A DNA stretch of 64,000 bases. Origin: an uncultured bacterium (lineage in GTDB: Bacteria > Krumholzibacteriota > Krumholzibacteriia > JACNKJ01). The notes below the pieces were generated by a model, which was not told the origin of the DNA, made no database searches, and saw nothing but the letters and a program-made list of their open reading frames with translations. The stretch lies in the NCBI GenBank assembly GCA_963695095.1, contig CAVOFT010000001.1, positions 288,001 to 352,000 on the forward strand. The letters are read 5' to 3'. The position numbers and the translations under genes were made by a program. Numbering within the stretch: the first letter of the stretch is position 1; each line of letters starts with the position of its first letter. Positions 1 through 10,591 of the stretch are shown one piece after another.

Positions 1-1
1 C

Positions 2-1867
2 CGCGAGGACGCGATCTGGGCGAAGCGCGCTCTGAACCCGATCCAGCTCGACGGCATTCTGAACGAGGCGGACTGGGCGCTGGCCGAAACCCACGTCATC
101 CGCTGGGCGGAGAGCGCGGGGCTGCCCGGCAGCGGCTGGAAGCTGGAGAACGGCAATCCCAACGATCCCACCGAGGCCACGCTGCGCCTGCTCGTCCACG
201 GCAACCAGCTCTACCTGGCGATGGAAGTGCCGGACGCCTCGATCGGCGGCTCCCGCGACTTCAATCGTCATGACGGCTTCCTGATGTCGCTCAAGGACCA
301 TTCGGTGGCGGGCTATCCCAAGCCGATGACCGAGTACTTCTACGCCTGGTGGTACCCGACGGGCACCGATCCCCAGCCGCCGGGCAGGGAGCCCGCCTTC
401 ATCGGCCGCTGGGCGACCTGGCCGCCCGGCACGCCGCGCACGGCCGAGCAGATTGCCGCCTGGGACGCCGTGACCATCGTGGATGGCCTGTCCAACAACG
501 ACAGCGTGGCGGACACGGGCTACACGGTGGAGATGCGCTTCGACCTGACGGTGATGGGCTACGACGTCACCCGCCCCGAGGGCGACATCGTCGAGTGGAA
601 CATCTCCGTCTACGACTGCGACTGGCTGTGGCCCCTCAACGCCGCGCAGCTGAACTACTATCACGTCTGGTGGCAGTGCCCCTGGGGCTACGACGACTGG
701 TACAACGAAGTGCGCATCTATGCGCGGCCCGACGTGACGACGGCCGTGCCGACGCCTCCCCTCGAGCCCGAGTTGATGCTGCCCGTGATCGAGGCGCAGC
801 CCGTCATCGACGGCGAGCTGAGCGAGGCCGTCTGGAGCGATCCCAACGTCTACAGCTTCGACATCCGCTACGGCGACGATGCCCTGCGCGAGACCTATCC
901 CGGCGTCGGCGCCGCCCGCGCCGGCCAGTACCAGCCCATCGTCAACGGGGGCGAGGCCTTCGTCTTCGATCCCGGCGAGGCCACGGTCAAGATCTTCGTC
1001 AGCGGCGACACGATGTACTTCGGCTTCGACGTCAACGACGGCTATGTCCAGTACGTCGCGAACTTCGACCGCTGGGACGGCTTCCTGCTGAACTTCAATG
1101 ACCGCGCCGCCACCGGTCCCGACCACCAGTTGCTGGGCCGGCGCCTGTCCTTCCAGGTGGGCGCCGACGGCGCGGCGGTGCCGCGGGACTACCTGGTGGG
1201 CCTGGTGGACGCGGGGGACGCCCAGGTCGCCATCGACCTGAAGGCCGGCACGAGCGTGGACACGCTCGGCGTGGCGACCGACACCGGCTACACGGCCGAG
1301 CTGGCCCTCGATCTGAAGGCGCTGGGCTACCCCAGCGGCCTGGGCGACCGGGTGGTCTTCTTCGGCGTCAACCTGCTCGATGGCGATTCGTTCACGCCCT
1401 ACACCTTCAGCTATGGCACGCGCACCTGGTGGTTCCGCCAGTACGAGGGCAACTGCTGCGCCGCCTGGGCGGAGATCGAGCGGGACACCGGCGTGGACGA
1501 GGGCGTCACCGATTGGGCGAGCGACAACGGCGGCTACCTGCTGCTCCCCAGCTACCCGAATCCGTCCGCGCAACCCTCCGTGCGCTTCCAGATGCCCGCC
1601 TACGGCGAGGTGACCCTGGAGGTCTTCGACCTGCTGGGTCGCCGGCTGCTGCGCCGGCCGATGGGGCTGCGCGGGCTCGGCGTCCACTCCGAGTTCCTGG
1701 ACCTGACCGAGCAGAGCGCGGGCGTCTACCTGTATCGCATCACCATCGAGGACCCGAGCACCGGCCAGAAGCGCGCCGAATTGACGGGCAAGACGGTGCT
1801 TGATCAAGTGAAGGCCGCCGGGCGCGGGGGCTCACCCGCGCCCGGGGTCGCAACGCAAGGGGGATGA
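2..1867 (+). CDS. 5'-partial secreted protein with two CBM9/DOMON-like sugar-binding domains and a T9SS/FlgD-like C-terminal domain
   Basis: Frame is open from base 2 (REDAIWAKRALNPIQLDGILNEADW...). A second repeat reads PVIDGELSEAVW; the C-terminus reads YPNPS...LEVFDLLGR...AGVYLYRI. Removing one T near 1800 gives ...GKTVLIK* ending at 1811, the usual CTD ending. Confidence 0.75.
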   Translation, partial: REDAIWAKRALNPIQLDGILNEADWALAETHVIRWAESAGLPGSGWKLENGNPNDPTEATLRLLVHGNQLYLAMEVPDASIGGSRDFNRHDGFLMSLKDHSVAGYPKPMTEYFYAWWYPTGTDPQPPGREPAFIGRWATWPPGTPRTAEQIAAWDAVTIVDGLSNNDSVADTGYTVEMRFDLTVMGYDVTRPEGDIVEWNISVYDCDWLWPLNAAQLNYYHVWWQCPWGYDDWYNEVRIYARPDVTTAVPTPPLEPELMLPVIEAQPVIDGELSEAVWSDPNVYSFDIRYGDDALRETYPGVGAARAGQYQPIVNGGEAFVFDPGEATVKIFVSGDTMYFGFDVNDGYVQYVANFDRWDGFLLNFNDRAATGPDHQLLGRRLSFQVGADGAAVPRDYLVGLVDAGDAQVAIDLKAGTSVDTLGVATDTGYTAELALDLKALGYPSGLGDRVVFFGVNLLDGDSFTPYTFSYGTRTWWFRQYEGNCCAAWAEIERDTGVDEGVTDWASDNGGYLLLPSYPNPSAQPSVRFQMPAYGEVTLEVFDLLGRRLLRRPMGLRGLGVHSEFLDLTEQSAGVYLYRITIEDPSTGQKRAELTGKTVLDQVKAAGRGGSPAPGVATQGG

Positions 1868-1874
1868 GGCCATC

Positions 1875-4551
1875 GTGATCGGCAAGGAGGCTGTCCTCAG
1901 GCGCCTGACTGCGCGCCTGCTCGTTGCCGCTCTGCTCGGGAGCCTGGCGGCGTCTGCGCTGGCCGGCACGACGGGCAAGCTGGCGGGACAGGTCCGCGAC
2001 GACCAGGGCGCCCCCATCGTCGCCGCGACGGTGCTCGTCGCCGGCACCGCCCTGGGCGCCTACTCCGACGCCGGGGGGCAGTTCACGATCCTCAACGTGC
2101 CGCCCGGGCTGTACGAAGTCACGGTCAAGCGCCTCGGCTTCCAGGATCTGCGCATGAAGGCGATCTCCGTCTCCGCCGACGAGACCACGCGGCTCGACTT
2201 CGTGCTCCGGGCGGAGGACCTGGTCATGGACGAGGTGGTGGTCACGGCCGAGCGGCCCCCCGTCGAGCTGGACCTGACCAGCTCCAAGGCGACGCTCTCC
2301 AGGGAGGACATCGCCGCGCTGCCCGTGCAGGATCTGGACGACGTCGTCAGCCTGCAGGCGGGCGTGGTCGAGGGGCACTTCCGGGGCGGCCGCAAGGGCG
2401 AGGTGCAGTACCAGGTGGATGGCGTGAGCGTGAACAACGTCTTCGACAATTCCACCAGCATCAATGTCGACCGCTCGCTGCTGCAGGAGGTGCAGGTGAT
2501 CAGCGGCACCTTCGACGCGGAGTACGGCCAGGCGATGAGCGGCGTCGTCAATGCCGTGCTCAAGGAGGGCGGCCAGACGCTCGCCTGGAATGTCGAAGGC
2601 TACACCGGCGGCTTCGTCTTCCCGGGCCGCGCGGACCTGCGCAAGACCTCGGCCACGCTGCGCCCCGTCTCGACGCGCTACATCCAGGCCTCGGCCAGCG
2701 GCCCGCTGCCTTTTCCGGACACGGTGTACCTGGTCAGCGGCCGCTACGCCTACTTCGACGACTACGTCTACGCCGAGCGGCGCTTCGCCCCCACGGACAC
2801 CCTCGACTACCTGGCGGGAACGCACAGCCAGAGCGGCGACGGCAAGGAAGTGCCGCTGGGCTACAACCGGGACTGGGGCGGCCTCTTCAAGGTCAGCAAC
2901 CGCAGCCTGGACAGCGACAAGATCAGCTACCAGGCCATCGCGGACTTCAACCGGGGCCGGCGGGGCGACTTCGCCTTCCGCTACAACCCGGACGGCCTGT
3001 CCACGCAGCGGACCTTCGCCATCTCGCACGGCGGCGACTGGACGCACACCCTGGGCGCGACCAGCTACTTCGACGTCAACGTGCGCCAGAACTACTTCGA
3101 CTACCGCGACTACCGCTACGAGGACGTCAAGGACCGGGGCTATGACGCGGCGGGTCCGGCGACCGGCTACGTGAACTACGAGGACGGCGCCATCATCGAG
3201 GGCGTCAGCTTCACCCGCTACCTGCAGAAGACCAACACCTTCATGAGCAAGGGCGTCTTCGTCAGCCAGCTGACGCCGGCGAGCCAGATCAAGATCGGCG
3301 GCGAGCTGCAGATGGCGCGGGTGACCTTCGGCACGCCCGGCCACCTCTCCTTCGTCATCGATCCCGAGACGAACACGGAGGTGCTGATCCGGCACGTCGA
3401 CGACCCGCCCAGCTTCCCGGGACCGCGCACCTACCATCCGATCATCGCCGCGAGCTTCGTCCAGAATCAACTGGAATGGGCCGACCTGATCGTGCGCGCC
3501 GGGCTGCGCCTGGACTACTTCAATGCGCGCTCCTCCCTGCCCGGCGACCTCGCCAATCCCGCCAACGCCATCGCCGGCGCGCCGGCGCCGCCGCCCATGC
3601 GCACGTCGGCGAAGGTCGCGCTCTCGCCGCGCCTGGGTATCGCCTATCCGATCGAGGACAAGGCCGCCATCCACTTCGCCTACGGCCACTTCCGCCAGTT
3701 CCCGGCCATCGGCGACATGTTCAGCAACGCCGACTACTCGGTGCTGGAGAACCTGCAGGCGGGGGGCATCAGCTACGGCGTCCTGGGCAACCCGGACGTG
3801 GAGCCCGAGAAGACGATCCAGTACGAGGTGGGCTACCGTCAGGCGCTCAGCGACGATCTGGGCTTCGAGCTCACGACCTACTACAAGGACATCCGCGACC
3901 TGCTCGGCGTCGAGTTCGTCTCCACCTACAACGGCGCCGAGTACGCGCGCCTGACGAACGTCGACTTCGGCAACGTGTTCGGCACCACGGTGGCCATGGA
4001 CCATCGCCATCTGGGACCGGCGAGCGTGGGCCTCGACTACACCTGGCAGCGGGCGCTGGGCAACGCCAGCGATCCCCGGGAGACCGCGGTGCGGGCGGAG
4101 AACGGCGAGGATCCGCGGCCGCGGGTGATTCCCTTCAACTGGGATCAGCGCCATTCTTTGAACCTGACCGTTGCCGTGGGCACGCCCGGCGTGAACAGCG
4201 CGAGCATGGTGATGCGCGTCGCCAGCGGCCAGCCCTACACGCCCTATCCTGGAATCCGGCTTCGGCTACGGGCTGGACGCCAATTCCGGCCGCAAGCCGG
4301 CCGGCTTCAGCCTGGATCTGCGCAGCGAGCGCGGGGTGCAGGTCGGCCGCCTGCGTCCGCTGGTGTTCCTGCGCGTCTTCAATGTCCTGGACACCCGCTT
4401 CTTCAACGGCGACGTGTTCGCCACCACGGGCAGCCCCTACTACTCGCGCAATCCCGAGGGAGACAAGTACGCCCTCATGAATCCCTTCCGCTACTTTCCA
4501 CCGCGCCGCATCGAGCTGGGTGTGCGCTTCGAGTCCGGGGGTGGGCAATGA
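1875..4551 (+). CDS. TonB-dependent receptor with N-terminal carboxypeptidase-regulatory-like domain (one frameshift near 4245)
   Basis: Signal peptide then GTTGKLAGQV; plug FRGGRKGEVQYQVDG and ISGTFDAEYGQAMSGVVN; barrel motifs SPRLGIAYPI and GNPDVEPEKTIQYEVG. After an extra base near 4245 it continues ILESGFG...VFNVLD...PRRIELGVRF to TGA at 4551. Confidence 0.9.
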
Positions 4552-7500
4552 GGAACACGCACGCCCTGCGCCTGGCGGCCCTGCTTGCCCTCGCATTGCT
4601 CGTGCCCGCCCGCCCTGCGGGCGCGGACGTGGACACGCCGGTGCCGCCCTCCGAGCGCGGGCGCAGCGATGCCGAGCGGCGCGGCTTCCACGACGCCAAC
4701 AACCTGCGCACGGAGTTCTGGAACTTCGGCATGGTGGGCAACTACCCGCCCGATCCCGGCAACGTCGACCTGAGCACCTTCCACTCGGTCGAAGTGCCCA
4801 AGGGCAGCGGCATGAACTACAGCGACGGCATCACGCCCTTCGTGCTCGCCAAGATCCGCACCACCGGCGGCAACGACGCCTACATCATGGAGACGGGCTT
4901 CCGGGAGCGCCAGGGCATCAGTCCCTACTACAACCGCGTGATGCGCTTCGAGCCGCGCCCGGGCTACTTCGAGGCGGACCCCGCCATCAATGTCGGCCGC
5001 GCCTGCGCCGTCAGCAACGACTCGCGCACCTGGCCCGGCTTCTGGCCCGATCGCCTCGACGAGAGCGATGATCCGGGCTGGCCGGGCAGCTGGAACGGCT
5101 ACTTCGGCAAGCAGGTCGTCGCCGACCAGGAGAGCTACACGGTCCTGGACGACGACTACTACGACGCCTGGCAATTCTATCCGGACGCCCGCGACTCCAC
5201 CCGCCGCGGCCTGGGCCTGCGCATCGAGGTGCGCGGCTTCCAGTGGGCGAATCCGCAGGCGCGCAACGTCATCTTCTGGCACTACGACATCACCAACGAG
5301 AGCACGACGGACTACGACGACAACATCCTCTTCGGCGTCTACATGGACTCCGGCGTCGGCGGCTCCGCGCTCTCCTGCGACGGCATCTTCGAGTCCGACG
5401 ACGACAACGCCTTCTTCGACCGCGCCTTCAACGAGGACATCCTGAATCTCGTCTACACCTGGGATCGCTTCGGCCACGGCCGCGATCTCGCCAGCTCCTG
5501 CGGCCGCACCGGCTATCTCGGCTACGCCTACCTGGAGACGCCCGGCAACTCCACCGACGGCATCGACAATGACGAGGACGGCGTCACGGACGAGCTGCGC
5601 GAAGGGGGCCCGGGCAGCCTGCTCATCGGTCAAGCGGCGATCGACGGCTACCTGGCGGCGAACTACGACCTGGTCCGCTTCGAGGCCACCTACGGTCCCC
5701 TGGCGGACCTGCCCGCCTATCGCGAGGAGTACTGGTGGACCGGTGACGAGGACATGGACTGGACGCGGGAGAATCACGACACCGGCGCCGACGGCGTCTT
5801 CGATACCGGCGACGTCGGCGAGGAGGACGGCGTGCCGACCGCCGGGGAGCCGAACTTCGACCGCACGGACCTGAACGAGTCCGACCAGATCGGCCTGACC
5901 GGATTCAAGATCAACCGCATTCGCGCGGGCCAGGGCAATCCGAGCCAGGACGTGGACGGCATCGTCTTCTACACCGACGAGGCGAACTGGCCGCAGCGCC
6001 TCTACGAGCAGTTCACGGACCCGGATCCGGAGGCGCGCTTCGATCCGCCGCTGGCTTCCAACTACAACATCGGCTTCCTGTTCGCCTCCGGACCCTTCCG
6101 CCTGGCGGCGGGTCAGCGCGAGCGCTTCAGCCTCGCCCTGGCCTACGGCGCCGATCTGGACGAGCTGCGGCGCACCGTGAAGACCGTGCAGCAGATCTAC
6201 GACGCCAACTACCGCTTCGCCGTGCCCCCGGCGCTGCCGACCGTGACCGCCGAGGCGGGCGACGGCTACGTGCGCCTGTCCTGGGACGACGTCGCCGAGT
6301 TCAGCGCCGATCCGGTGACCGGGGTCTTCGACTTCGAGGGCTACCGTGTCTATCGCTCCACCGATCCCGAATTCCGCGATCCGCAGGTGATCTCCACGGG
6401 CACGGGCAGCGGGCCGCTGGGCAACGGCAAGCCGATCGCGCAGTTCGATCTCGTCGACGGCCGCAGCGGCTTCTCCGCGCAGGTGGTGGAGGGCGTCGCC
6501 TACTACCTGGGCACGGAGAGCGGGATCACCCACACCTGGACCGACCACAGCGTGACCAACGGCCAGCAGTACTACTATGCGGTCACGGCCTACGACTTCG
6601 GATCGGATCCCGGCGACCGCTTCGACTTCTACCCTTCCGAGAACGCGATCACGCCCAGCCGCACGCCGCGGGGTGGCCTGATCCTGCCGACCAATGTCGT
6701 CGCCGTGCGGCCCAATCTCCGCGCGGCCGGCTACGTGCCCGCGCAGGCGGAGGCCGCGGCGCAGGTCAGCGGCCGCGGCCTCGGCGAGGTGCTCGTCGAG
6801 ATCGTCAACTCGGGGCTCGTGCCCGATGAACACCTGTTCAAGATCGACTTCAGCGCGCCGTCCGCCGACAGCCTGCGGGCTACGCACTACGCGCTGCGCG
6901 ACAGCACGACGGGCCTGCTCCTCTTCGAGACGGGCAGGGATCTGGCGGGCGCCGGCGTGGGGCCCGTCGGTCAGGGCCTGCTGCCCGTGATCCGGACGCA
7001 GACGGAAGTCGCTGTCGACTCCAGCTCCGGCTTCGCCGCGGGCAGCGCCACGGATGCCCGACTGGCCGTGAGCTACTCGCCCGGCCTGCCCATCAATCGC
7101 CTGCGGCCGGGCTTCCCGGACGACATCAGCATCATCTTCGCGGACGCCGTGCAGGACACCGGCCTCGGCGGCGCGCCCTTCCTGCCGACGCCGGCCAAGT
7201 TCCGTGTCATCGCCCACAGCGCCGGCGGCGACCGGCAGCTGGATTTCCGCTTCCGGGACGCCAACGGCGACGGCACGCTCAGCCATCGCGACGACGCCAT
7301 CGACATCGTCACCTACCTGCCCACGTCGCCGGGCACGATCAACAGCACCTGGTACCTCACGCTGCCGCTGGGTACGGCCTTGCCGCAGAACCCGCCGCGC
7401 GAAGGGGACCGCTACGAGCTGAAGCTGACGCGGCCCTTCGCCGAGGACGACAGCTTCGTCTTCCTCTGTTCGGGCGAGCGGATCGACGGTGCGCGCGTGG

Positions 7501-7817
7501 GGGCGGAGTTCACGCCCTACGTCGTGCCCAACCCCTACGTGGGCTCGGCGAGCTTCGAACCGGAGCGATTCGCGGTCTCGGGGCGCGGCGAGCGCCGGCT
7601 GGAGTTCCGCGGGCTGCCGAGCCGGTGCCAGATTCTCATCTACAACGTCAAGGGCGAGCGCATCCAGACGCTTCGCCACGACGGCTCTCTCGAAGGCTAC
7701 GTCGCCTGGGACCTGCGGACGAAGGAGGGCCTCGATGTCGCACCGGGGCTCTACATCTTCCAGGTCGACGGCGGCGCCGCGGGTAGCAAGACGGGCAAAT
7801 TCGCCATCATCAAGTAG
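4548..7817 (+). CDS. Large secreted protein (~1089 aa) with Asp-rich Ca-binding-like motifs, an FN3-like region and a T9SS/FlgD-like CTD
   Basis: ATG overlaps the receptor stop (ATGA) and begins a clean signal peptide MRNTHALRLAALLALALL. Motifs: DGIDNDEDGVTDE; VRLSWD...FEGYRVYRS...YYYAVTAYD; C-terminal VVPNPY...IYNVKGE...WDLRT...APGLYIF...GKFAIIK*. Confidence 0.85.
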   Translation: MRNTHALRLAALLALALLVPARPAGADVDTPVPPSERGRSDAERRGFHDANNLRTEFWNFGMVGNYPPDPGNVDLSTFHSVEVPKGSGMNYSDGITPFVLAKIRTTGGNDAYIMETGFRERQGISPYYNRVMRFEPRPGYFEADPAINVGRACAVSNDSRTWPGFWPDRLDESDDPGWPGSWNGYFGKQVVADQESYTVLDDDYYDAWQFYPDARDSTRRGLGLRIEVRGFQWANPQARNVIFWHYDITNESTTDYDDNILFGVYMDSGVGGSALSCDGIFESDDDNAFFDRAFNEDILNLVYTWDRFGHGRDLASSCGRTGYLGYAYLETPGNSTDGIDNDEDGVTDELREGGPGSLLIGQAAIDGYLAANYDLVRFEATYGPLADLPAYREEYWWTGDEDMDWTRENHDTGADGVFDTGDVGEEDGVPTAGEPNFDRTDLNESDQIGLTGFKINRIRAGQGNPSQDVDGIVFYTDEANWPQRLYEQFTDPDPEARFDPPLASNYNIGFLFASGPFRLAAGQRERFSLALAYGADLDELRRTVKTVQQIYDANYRFAVPPALPTVTAEAGDGYVRLSWDDVAEFSADPVTGVFDFEGYRVYRSTDPEFRDPQVISTGTGSGPLGNGKPIAQFDLVDGRSGFSAQVVEGVAYYLGTESGITHTWTDHSVTNGQQYYYAVTAYDFGSDPGDRFDFYPSENAITPSRTPRGGLILPTNVVAVRPNLRAAGYVPAQAEAAAQVSGRGLGEVLVEIVNSGLVPDEHLFKIDFSAPSADSLRATHYALRDSTTGLLLFETGRDLAGAGVGPVGQGLLPVIRTQTEVAVDSSSGFAAGSATDARLAVSYSPGLPINRLRPGFPDDISIIFADAVQDTGLGGAPFLPTPAKFRVIAHSAGGDRQLDFRFRDANGDGTLSHRDDAIDIVTYLPTSPGTINSTWYLTLPLGTALPQNPPREGDRYELKLTRPFAEDDSFVFLCSGERIDGARVGAEFTPYVVPNPYVGSASFEPERFAVSGRGERRLEFRGLPSRCQILIYNVKGERIQTLRHDGSLEGYVAWDLRTKEGLDVAPGLYIFQVDGGAAGSKTGKFAIIK

Positions 7818-7832
7818 CGCGAAAGGACGACG

Positions 7833-8849
7833 ATGGCACTGCCGAGACGACTGCTGATCTGCCTCCTCTGCTTGCTGGGCTCAGCGGGGCCCGCGGCTGC
7901 CCAGACCAAGGCGGGCACCACGATCGCCCAGTTCATGGGCATCGAGCCGAGCGCCCGCCACGCGGGCTTCGGCAATGCCGGCATCGCGCTGGCGGAGGGG
8001 ATCGAGTCGGTCTACTTCAATCCCGGCGTCATCGGACTGCTGTGGGACACGGAGATCCAGTTCACCCACAGCTACTGGTACGCGGACATCGGCTACGACT
8101 ACGCGGCGATCTGCGTGCCCGCCCGCCGCTGGGGCACGCTCTTCGCCAGCGTCACCGCGCTCAACTCGGGGGACATCGCCGTCCGCACGGTCGAGTCCCC
8201 GCTGGGCACGGGCGAGAATTTCACGGTGGGCAACACGGCGATCGGCCTCGGCTTCGGCCGGCAGGTGACGAGCCGCTTCGCGGCGGGCCTGCGCTTCAAC
8301 TACATCAGCGAGCGGATCTGGCACACCTACCAGAACACGATGACGCTGGATGTCGGCACCGTCTACGCGATCCGCGAGAATGGCCTCCAGATGGCCTTCA
8401 GCCTCAGCAACGTCGGCACCGGCTCGCGCTATACCGGGCGCGACCTCGCCATCCAGTACGACAACACCGACGACATCTACGGCGACAACAGCGCCCTGCC
8501 CGGCGAGCAGCTCACGGACAGCTATCCGGTGCCGATCCTGTTCCGGGTCGGCCTGAGCTATCCCTACCAGGTCAGCGCCGATTCGCGCGTGCTCCTGCTG
8601 GCGGACGCCCTGCATCCCAACGACAACGCCGAAAGCGTGAACCTGGGCGCCGAGCTGGGCTGGCGCGGCAGCTTCGCCCTGCGGATCGGCTATCAGACCC
8701 TCTTCCAGACGGATTCGGAGCACGGCCTGACGATGGGCATGGGCATCCGGACCGAGTTCAGCGAGAGACGACTGCGCTTCGACTACGGCTGGGCCAATCA
8801 CGATCACCTCGAGGCGACGCATCGCCTGACGATTGCGGTCGGCCTCTAG
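7833..8849 (+). CDS. PorV/PorQ-family (UPF0164-like) outer-membrane beta-barrel protein
   Basis: Signal peptide; AQFMGIEPSARHAGFGNA and YFNPG motifs; amphipathic strands; terminal HRLTIAVGL. Confidence 0.8.
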   Translation: MALPRRLLICLLCLLGSAGPAAAQTKAGTTIAQFMGIEPSARHAGFGNAGIALAEGIESVYFNPGVIGLLWDTEIQFTHSYWYADIGYDYAAICVPARRWGTLFASVTALNSGDIAVRTVESPLGTGENFTVGNTAIGLGFGRQVTSRFAAGLRFNYISERIWHTYQNTMTLDVGTVYAIRENGLQMAFSLSNVGTGSRYTGRDLAIQYDNTDDIYGDNSALPGEQLTDSYPVPILFRVGLSYPYQVSADSRVLLLADALHPNDNAESVNLGAELGWRGSFALRIGYQTLFQTDSEHGLTMGMGIRTEFSERRLRFDYGWANHDHLEATHRLTIAVGL

Positions 8850-8866
8850 CGCTCAAGGAGAATGGC

Positions 8867-10479
8867 ATGCTGGCGAGACATTGGCATCGGGCCCACCCCT
8901 GGCGGCAGCTGCTCGCGACCGCGCTGCTGGGAGTGGCGCTGCTGGGCGCACTGGCGACGACGGCGCCGGCCATCCCCACCGCGGAGCTGCTGGAGTCCAT
9001 CCAGGAGGGCGCCTTCGCCTACTTCTGGAACGAGGCGAATCCCGCCAACGGCCTGATCAAGGACCGCAGCACGGGCAGCTCGCCCTGCAGCATCGCCGCC
9101 GTCGGCTTCGGGCTGTCGGCCATCTGCATCGGTGTCGACCACGGCTGGATCACGCGCGCGCAGGGCCGCGAGCGCGTGCTGACGACCCTGACGACCTTCT
9201 GGAACGGCCCCCAGGGCAGCGAGGTCTCCGGCAACATGGGCTACCGGGGCCTCTTCTACCACTTCCTGGACATGAACAGCGGCACCCGCGTCTGGAACTG
9301 CGAGCTGTCGACCATCGACACCGCGCTGCTCCTGGCGGGCGTTCTCGACGCGGCGCAGTACTTCCAGGGCGGCGATGCGGAGGAGACGGAGATCCGCGCC
9401 CTGGCGGACTGCGCTCTACCGGCGGGTGGACTGGGAGTTCATGCGCAACTCGGGCGTCGGCATCCGCATGGGCTGGAAGCCGGAGGGCGGCTTCTCCGGC
9501 TTCGGCACCTGGGTCGGCTACAACGAGGCGATGATCCTCTACATCCTCGCCCTCGGCTCGCCGACGCATCCGGTGCCCGCGAGCACCTGGTTCACCTGGA
9601 CCAGCGGCTACCAGTGGTCGACCCAGTACGGCCAGACCTACCTCATCTTCCCGCCGCTCTTCGGCCACCAGTACTCGCACTGCTGGATCGATTTCCGCAA
9701 TCGCCAGGATGTCTACATGGCCAGCAAGGGCATCGACTACTTCGAGAACTCGCGACGGGCCACCCTCGCCGCCCAGGCCTACTGCATCGGCGAACCCGCT
9801 CGGCCATGCCGGCTACAGCGAGCTCGGCTGGGGGCTCACGGCCTCGGACGACCCCTGGGGCTACAGCGCCCACGGCGCGCCGCCCGCCCAGAACGACAAC
9901 GGCACGATCACGCCCACGGCGGCGGCCAGCTCCATTCCCTTCGCGCCGGAGATCGTCATTCCGACGCTGCACCACTTCTACGACAGCTATCAGAGCCAGC
10001 TCTGGGGCCCCTACGGCTTCAAGGACGCCTTCAATCTCGATCAGAACTGGTGGGCGACCGACTACATCGGCATCGACCAGGGCCCGATCATCATCATGAT
10101 CGAGAACTACCTGAACGAGTCCATCTGGCGGCGCTTCATGCAGAACGCCCACGTGCAGGCCGGCCTGGCCGCGGCGACCTTCTCGCCGATCACCGCCGGC
10201 GCCCCTCTGGCCCCGGATGGCCTGACCCTCGCGCAGAACACGCCCAATCCCTTCCTGGACAGGAGCGTCATCCGCTTCACGCTCGCCCAGGCCGGCGAGG
10301 TGTCGCTGCGTCTCTACGATATCACGGGTCGGCGCGCGGCCACGCTCGCAGAGGGCTGGCGCGGGGCCGGCGCCCACAGCGTACCGCTGGAGGCGAGCGC
10401 GCTGCCCAGCGGCGTCTACTTCTATGTCTTGGAGAGCAACGGCGTCACCGCGATGCGCCGTTGTGTTGTCCTGAGGTAG
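8867..10479 (+). CDS. GH144 (glucoamylase-like family) endo-beta-1,2-glucanase with CTD (frameshifts near 9410 and 9790)
   Basis: RBS AAGGAG. Motifs across three frames: YFWNEANPANGLIKDR, SIAAVGFGL, GLFYHFLD, ELSTIDTALL, YNEAMILYILALGSPTH, PLFGHQYSH, GIDQGPIIIMIENY; then QNTPNPF...LPSGVYFY. Confidence 0.85.
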
Positions 10480-10591
10480 TCATGGATGACGATGCATGAA
10501 GGAGGCTAACCCCGTAACAAGGAGATCGCGTGAAGTGCAACTCGTGTCAACGCAACAGAACCTTAGTCTTGTATCCAGGAGGATCACTACC

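Noticed and set aside
4491..7679. Long antisense ORFs (also 1740-4154, 16670-19018, 38462-40966, 45860-48340, 58829-61219)
   Set aside because: Shadows of high-GC coding strands with no recognisable motifs.
1875..7817. 1980-aa TonB receptor mega-fusion
   Set aside because: The receptor C-terminus lies in another frame ending at 4551, and a new signal peptide starts at 4548; one extra base explains the fusion.
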